Shown: positions 58,022 to 62,087 of the stretch, one piece after another
How positions within the stretch are numbered: the stretch's first letter is position 1
Layout: each line of letters begins with the position of its first letter
Assembly (NCBI GenBank): GCA_041691215.1
Contig: JBEPVB010000001.1
Location: 1-62,087, forward strand
Length of the DNA stretch: 62,087 nucleotides
Direction: 5' to 3'
Source of the DNA: Chloroflexota bacterium
GTDB lineage: Bacteria; Chloroflexota; Limnocylindria; Limnocylindrales; CSP1-4
Notes under the pieces: model-generated
Seen by the model: the letters and a program-made list of their open reading frames with translations, nothing else
Told to the model about the DNA's origin: nothing
The model's database searches: none
Made by a program: the position numbers and the translations under genes

Positions 58022-58456
58022 TCAGTCGATGGCGGCCGGGGCCGCCTCGGTCTCGGACTCGTCGATGCGTTCGGTCCGGTCGTCGACGTCCTCGACATCA
58101 TCCTCGGCGGACGGGAGGTCGAGGTCATCCTCGGCACCTTCCTCGCCATCGCCGCGAGCGGCCTTGGTCGGGCGCTCCTGGCGGGTGATGAGGTGACGGA
58201 GGACCTCCTCGGTGATGAGGAGGCTGCGCTCGATCTCGGCGATCGTGCCGGCCGCGCCCTCGAAGACCACGATGTGGTACGAGCCCTCGCGGTGGCGATC
58301 AATGGGGTAGGCCAGACGGCGACGACCCCACGGGGCCACCTTGACGATCTGGCCGCCGTCGGCCGTGATCTGCCGAGTGGTACGGTCGACGATCGCGGCG
58401 ATGCGCTCGTCCGGGACATCCGGGCGGAGCACGAGCATGAGTTCATATCGGCGCAT
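58022..58456 (-). CDS. rpsF: 30S ribosomal protein S6 with an acidic C-terminal extension.
   Basis: MRRYELMLVLRPDV... with a GGAAGGAG SD. The track ORF 58022..58597 was trimmed. Confidence 0.95.
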   Translation of the reverse strand: MRRYELMLVLRPDVPDERIAAIVDRTTRQITADGGQIVKVAPWGRRRLAYPIDRHREGSYHIVVFEGAAGTIAEIERSLLITEEVLRHLITRQERPTKAARGDGEEGAEDDLDLPSAEDDVEDVDDRTERIDESETEAAPAAID

Positions 58457-58523
58457 GGGCCGTACAGCTCCTTCCAATGGGTATGCCCCGCTGTCCGATG
58501 GACGTGGAGCGGAAAGGGTCGGC

Positions 58524-58544
58524 GCGGAGTCTAGCACGGGTCCC
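58524..58544 (-). promoter_or_regulatory. Candidate promoter block (GGGACCCGTGCTAGACTCCGC) for rpsF-ssb-rpsR.
   Basis: Matches the block upstream of rplS (11881-11901) at 20 of 21 positions. Contains the extended -10 TGCTAGACT. Confidence 0.45.
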
Positions 58545-58551
58545 TCGATGC

Positions 58552-58557
58552 TATTCT
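58552..58557 (+). promoter_or_regulatory. Candidate -10 element (TATTCT, with upstream TG) for the REC/CpaE-like gene.
   Basis: GATGCTATTCTCAG, divergent from the rpsF block. Confidence 0.3.
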
Positions 58558-58613
58558 CAGCAGCCGCCGGCCGTAGGACCGGCGATTTCCAGCCCATCGC
58601 ACTCGGGGATCAC

Positions 58614-59837
58614 GTGGCCAATAGTCGATTCCTGCTCATTTCCGACGCCGGCGACACCGCCGTCGCCGATGCCCTCACGGCGGCCGGTCACGAAACGGTC
58701 GTGGTGCCGGACACGGCGGCCGGGATTGCGGCCGCGGCCTCCGGAGCGGCCTTCGAGGTTGTCGTCCTCGACCTGGCCGGGACCGTCATGGAGCTCGTCG
58801 CGGCGAGCCGTGCCATCCGGACCACGGAGGGGCTGGCCGGCCTGCCCATCCTGTGCGTGAGCCAGGACGACGATGTCGAGGACCGCATTCGGGTGCTCGA
58901 AGCCGGCGCGGACGATGTCATCGCTCGGCCCTTCGACGCCCGCGAACTCGACGCCCGGGCCGAGGCACTTGCCCTTCGCCTGAAGCGCTCCCGGGACGTC
59001 GGATCCGTGTCCTCAGGCGGCGTGACGATCAGGGATTCGACCCAGCGACGGATCATCGCGGTCTACTCGCCCAAGGGCGGTGTCGGGACGACGACCGTGG
59101 CCGTCAACGTGGCCACCTGGCTTGCCGGTCAGCTCCCGGGCGCGGTCGCGATCCTCGATCTCGACTTCCAGTTCGGGCAGGTTGCCACCCACCTGAACCT
59201 CGAGACCCGGACGACGATGGCCGAGGTCGTCCGCGATGAGGCCACCCTCCGTGATCCGGGCCTCCTGCAGGCGGCCATGGACCGCCACGCATCCGGGCTC
59301 CGCGTGCTCGGCGCGCCGTCGACGCCGGACGTCGTCGCGGGCGTTTCGCCCGAGGCCCTCGCCACCCTCCTGGCCACCGCCGGCCGGGCCTTCCAGATCG
59401 TGGTCGTGGACGCCGGCTCCGTCCTCGATCCACGCTCCGAGACGGTCCTCACCACGGCCTCCGACATCGTCGTGGTGGTGACCCCGGACTTCGCCGCCCT
59501 CAAGGCGGTCCACGCCCTCGGAGAGATCCTTGCGGCCTCGGGCATCGAGCTCGGGGAGACCGCCTACGTGCTCAACCAGATATTCGCCCGCGAGCTGCTG
59601 CGGCTGTCCCACGTCGAGGAGGCCCTCGGGACCCAGGTCGCTCTGACCATCCCCTACGACTCGTTCGCGTTCCTCAAGAGCGTCAACGAGGGCGTGCCCC
59701 TGATCGAGGGCTCGCCGCGCAGCCCGGCTGCAGACGCCTTCCGGCACCTCGGGGCGCGCCTTGCGGGCCTGCCGGCGATCGGCCTGACCGAGGAACGGAA
59801 GCCGCGCGGCTTGGGGCGCCTCCTGGGCAGGAGCTGA
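58614..59837 (+). CDS. Receiver-like domain fused to a CpaE/TadZ-type (MinD/ParA superfamily) ATPase.
   Basis: N-terminal CheY-like region (FLLISDAGD...VVVLDL...VIARPF). The ATPase region has the CpaE-type P-loop AVYSPKGGVGTTTVAVNVA. The start is set at GTG 58614, because the upstream part of track ORF 58341..59837 overlaps rpsF. Confidence 0.8.
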   Translation: MANSRFLLISDAGDTAVADALTAAGHETVVVPDTAAGIAAAASGAAFEVVVLDLAGTVMELVAASRAIRTTEGLAGLPILCVSQDDDVEDRIRVLEAGADDVIARPFDARELDARAEALALRLKRSRDVGSVSSGGVTIRDSTQRRIIAVYSPKGGVGTTTVAVNVATWLAGQLPGAVAILDLDFQFGQVATHLNLETRTTMAEVVRDEATLRDPGLLQAAMDRHASGLRVLGAPSTPDVVAGVSPEALATLLATAGRAFQIVVVDAGSVLDPRSETVLTTASDIVVVVTPDFAALKAVHALGEILAASGIELGETAYVLNQIFARELLRLSHVEEALGTQVALTIPYDSFAFLKSVNEGVPLIEGSPRSPAADAFRHLGARLAGLPAIGLTEERKPRGLGRLLGRS

Positions 59838-59851
59838 TCCGGGCCACGAGC

Positions 59852-59937
59852 TGGTACCGGAGGAGGGAGTCGAACCCTCAGGCCCTTTCGGGCGGCCGAT
59901 TTTAAGTCGGCTGCGTCTGCCGTTCCGCCACTCCGGC
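59852..59937 (-). tRNA. tRNA-Leu (anticodon TAA) with a long variable arm and encoded CCA.
   Basis: The minus strand reads GCCGGAGTGGCGGAAC...GCCGA-CTTAAAA-TCGGC...GAGGGTTCGACTCCCTCCTCCGGTACCA. The acceptor, anticodon and T arms all fold. Confidence 0.9.
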
Positions 59938-59957
59938 CCGCGCAGCGTAGCCGAACG

Positions 59958-60467
59958 TCAGGCGGCGCTGTGCTCGGCGGCCTCGTCCGGGTCCGCCTCC
60001 AGGCGGCCGCCGCGGACGGTTGCGCCGACGACCATCGCCGCGCCGATCAGGACGACATTCTTGATGATGTACTGGCCCTCGAGGGTCGGCGCGAACGGGA
60101 AGACCGTAAAGGTCTCGGCCGGGGAGAGCACCAGCGGCGTGAGCGTTCCGAGCATCTGAACCGCGAGGAGGAGGAGCGTCGCCCGAAGGTAGCGGGCCGT
60201 GAGGAGGCCAAGGCCGATGAGGGTCTCCCAGGTGGCGAGAACGGGCAGGGAGACCGAGGGGCCGATCGCGCCGCCGGAGAGCGTCTGGATCGTCTGTGCC
60301 GCCAGCTGCTCAGCCGCGCTGGCGCCGGGAAAGAACTTCAGGACGCCGAACCAGAAGAAGACGACCCCGAGTCCGATTCGGAGGACCGGGATGCCGAATC
60401 GAGCCAGCGTTTCGGTGACCTGGACGTCGATCCGCTCGAGGGGCTTCGGGAAATGGGGGGTCGGCAC
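59958..60467 (-). CDS. Small polytopic membrane protein, DoxX/YkgB(DUF417)-like.
   Basis: 169 aa with 4 TM segments (LRIGLGVVFFWFGVLKFFPG...). GTG start at 60467. The family call is tentative. Confidence 0.65.
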   Translation of the reverse strand: MPTPHFPKPLERIDVQVTETLARFGIPVLRIGLGVVFFWFGVLKFFPGASAAEQLAAQTIQTLSGGAIGPSVSLPVLATWETLIGLGLLTARYLRATLLLLAVQMLGTLTPLVLSPAETFTVFPFAPTLEGQYIIKNVVLIGAAMVVGATVRGGRLEADPDEAAEHSAA

Positions 60468-60473
60468 GATGGC

Positions 60474-60479
60474 AGCCTA
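60474..60479 (-). promoter_or_regulatory. Candidate -10 element (TAGGCT) placed 6 nt from the DoxX-like GTG, implying a possibly leaderless transcript.
   Basis: The minus strand reads GCAGTAGGCTGCCATCGTG, with no SD. Confidence 0.25.
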
Positions 60480-60512
60480 CTGCGATCCCTCGGAGGCTAC
60501 GGCCGAGGGACC

Positions 60513-60546
60513 CGGCTGGGCTTGCCGGCGGGTCAGCCGGTTTTTG
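60513..60546 (+). terminator. Terminator-like hairpin plus U5 tract on the plus strand, in the region upstream of the GGDEF gene.
   Basis: CCGGCTG (60513-60519) ... CAGCCGG (60535-60541) followed by TTTTT (60542-60546). It is preceded by the hairpin CCCTCGG...CCGAGGG (about 60488-60510). Confidence 0.5.
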
Positions 60547-60661
60547 AAGCACTCCAGGGGCGTGAAGAGGGGTCCGGTTATGACGATTCGTCATGACGAC
60601 ACCGCCATTGGTGCAATTCTGGCAATCGAGCGAGGTAGCTCCACGGCACTGGGGGGTGACC

Positions 60662-61735
60662 ATGAAGAACGGAACGCCACCCGTACGGCGGCCTGCGCCG
60701 ACGAAGGACTCGAAGATTCGTAGATACGCCATGTCCGATGCTCGCCGTGCGTCGAGCGCCGACCAGACGGTCGCGGACGCGGACCAGTCGGCGGCCGATG
60801 CCGACCAGGTTTCCTCTGACGCCGACCAGACAGCGTCGGACAGCGACCAGCGGGATGCCGAGAGTGATCAGGGCGCCTCGGACAGGGACCAGGCGACCGC
60901 CGACAGGGACGAGGCGGCGCATCACGATCTGAGCGCTGCGGAAAGGAACACGTACCAGAGCTCGCGAAACAGCCGGGCGGGCGCCTCGATCGAACGCCTC
61001 GGCACTCGGCGGCGTCGGGGCACCACCGCTCGCGACCGGGATCAGGCGGCAACGAACCGAGACCTCATGGCCGAGATCCGTGACGAAGGAGGCCGAGGCC
61101 GGGACGCGCATGCGGGTGCCCTGACGCAGCCCTCCACGCAGCGGGAGCGGCGGCTGCTAGAGCAGCTCCGTGCCCAGGCTGCGACAGACCGGGCTCGTGC
61201 GGCCGAGGATCGCGCTCGGGCCGCTGCCGAGCGGGAAACCTCGGCTCGCGAGCGGAGCCGACTCGAAGCAGAGCTCGAGGAAGCCCACCTGGACGGGCTC
61301 ACGGGCGCCTATCGCCGTGAGGTCGGCCGGCTGGCGCTGTCGAACGAGATTGCCCGGGCCAGACGATCAAACGGGCAGTTCGTCGTCGCCTTCGTGGATG
61401 TCGATCTGCTCAAGGCCGTCAACGATCGCGACGGTCATGCGGCCGGCGATCAGGTCCTCCAAACCGTCGTCGAGGCGATCCGGTCGCGCCTGCGCTCCTT
61501 CGACCCCATCATCCGCCAGGGCGGAGACGAGTTCGTCTGCGGCCTGAGCGGAACGAACATGGACGAAGCGACGCGCCGCTTCGCCGCGATTGCCAAGGCC
61601 ATCAAGAAAGACGCCAAGGTCGGCATCAGCGTCGGGCTGGCGGAGCTCGCCTCGGGCGACACGGCAGCGACGTTGATCGATCGCGCCGATGCCGCCATGC
61701 TCGAGGTCAAGGCAACCCACCACGCTCGGCTCTGA
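60662..61735 (+). CDS. GGDEF-domain diguanylate cyclase with an N-terminal heptad-repeat/coiled-coil region.
   Basis: LDGLTGAYRR...VDVDLLKAVNDRDGHAAGD...RQGGDEF, with an RxxD I-site (RSFD) 5 residues upstream of GGDEF. The start is uncertain (60593, 60662 or 60731); third-position GC rises only after 60731. Confidence 0.88.
   Translation: MKNGTPPVRRPAPTKDSKIRRYAMSDARRASSADQTVADADQSAADADQVSSDADQTASDSDQRDAESDQGASDRDQATADRDEAAHHDLSAAERNTYQSSRNSRAGASIERLGTRRRRGTTARDRDQAATNRDLMAEIRDEGGRGRDAHAGALTQPSTQRERRLLEQLRAQAATDRARAAEDRARAAAERETSARERSRLEAELEEAHLDGLTGAYRREVGRLALSNEIARARRSNGQFVVAFVDVDLLKAVNDRDGHAAGDQVLQTVVEAIRSRLRSFDPIIRQGGDEFVCGLSGTNMDEATRRFAAIAKAIKKDAKVGISVGLAELASGDTAATLIDRADAAMLEVKATHHARL
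60761..60928 (+). repeat. Eight tandem 21-nt coding repeats encoding DQxxxD[ASR] heptads.
   Basis: A GACCAG, GATCAG or GACGAG codon pair starts at 60761, 60782, 60803, 60824, 60845, 60866, 60887 and 60908, an exact 21-nt phase. Confidence 0.85.
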
Positions 61736-61854
61736 CCTGGAGCTTCGGCTCGCGCCGCTCGGCCCGTCCTTGGCCGGATTGTCATAGGCCGCCGGCGCCG
61801 TCGACATCGCGAACGCGGGCGGAGACCTGGCGCCACCAACTGGGAGCGGGAATG

Positions 61855-61931
61855 TGGAGGCGACGAGCGGATTCGAACCGCTGAATAGAGGTTTTGCAGA
61901 CCTCCGTGTTGAGCCACTTCACCACGTCGCC
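61855..61931 (-). tRNA. tRNA-Cys (anticodon GCA) with encoded CCA.
   Basis: The minus strand reads GGCGACGTGGTGAAGTGGCTCAACACGGAGGT-CTGCAAA-ACCTCTATTCAGCGGTTCGAATCCGCTCGTCGCCTCCA. Confidence 0.9.
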
Positions 61932-62036
61932 TCGGAAGCGCGGCCCGGGGATTGTGCCATAGGCGACCCCCAACGGCCCCTGGGCCGGTCCCGCCGAGCG
62001 GCGTCCCGCATTCCCGCGTCAGGGTCGGCGCTGGAG

Positions 62037-62087
62037 TGGTTGCCCCTCGAGGATTCGAACCTCGCCTAACGGATTCAAAGTCCGCTG
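62037..62087 (-). tRNA. tRNA-Gln (anticodon TTG); the 5' part runs off the window.
   Basis: The minus strand reads ...GCGGA-CTTTGAA-TCCGT-TAGG-CGAGGTTCGAATCCTCG-AGGGGCA-A-CCA. The implied U1:A72 pair is typical of bacterial tRNA-Gln. Confidence 0.75.

Noticed and set aside
59838-60467. Integrated mobile element at tRNA-Leu.
   Set aside because: There is no integrase, recombinase or phage gene, and no direct repeat of the tRNA 3' end in the flanking 2 kb. The neighbouring genes are ordinary small accessory genes.
60468-60661. c-di-GMP (GEMM-I/II) riboswitch upstream of the GGDEF gene.
   Set aside because: The two hairpins lack the GNRA tetraloop/receptor and conserved GGCAAA...GCAAAGCC-type features I recall. 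It is kept only as an unclassified structured leader.

Overview
Very GC-rich bacterial chromosome segment, almost entirely core housekeeping genes. I found no rRNA, CRISPR array, transposase, integrase or recognisable defence genes. About 60 CDS and 3 tRNA genes are supported.

Most genes lie on the minus strand in long arrays joined by overlapping stop/start codons (ATGA, GTGA, TGATG). The gene order is Firmicute/Chloroflexi-like:
- nusA, ispG-rseP-dxr-cdsA-uppS-frr-pyrH-tsf-rpsB, yraN-rnhB, and rplS-trmD-rimM-KH-rpsP-(X)-ffh-(lipoprotein)-ftsY-smc-rnc-acpP-nusB-asp23-plsX-rpmF-yceD-(coiled coil)-coaD-rsmD-recG-yloV-yloU
- rpmB on the plus strand
- dtd-PAP2-rpe-rlmN-(XDH-like)-fmt-def-(hyp)-priA-gmk-rluD-lspA-ileS
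- a small envelope block (LCP, GT2, ilvE, CaCA-DUF1634-TauE)
- rpsR-ssb-rpsF, then a short accessory tail (REC+CpaE/TadZ-like ATPase, tRNA-Leu, DoxX-like, GGDEF, tRNA-Cys, tRNA-Gln)

Lineage cannot be assigned from sequence alone. The short-form EF-Ts, long IleS and this synteny in a high-GC background hint at a Chloroflexota-like or other Terrabacteria lineage (low confidence).

Many long ORFs in the supplied track are antisense shadows or spurious 5' extensions. I trimmed starts using conserved N-termini, SD sequences and stop/start overlaps.

No clear-cut novel system is visible. The best candidates for undescribed biology are:
1. Two exported proteins, each translationally coupled to one of the SRP genes ffh and ftsY.
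2. An orphan XDH-family molybdoenzyme subunit coupled to fmt, where rsmB normally sits.
3. An Rpe fused to an unknown C-terminal domain.
4. An orphan REC+CpaE/TadZ-like ATPase.
5. A GGDEF protein with eight phased 21-nt repeats behind a long structured leader.
6. Sequence-level regulatory signals: a near-identical 21-nt promoter block at rplS and rpsF, a leader terminator before nusA, and leaderless starts.
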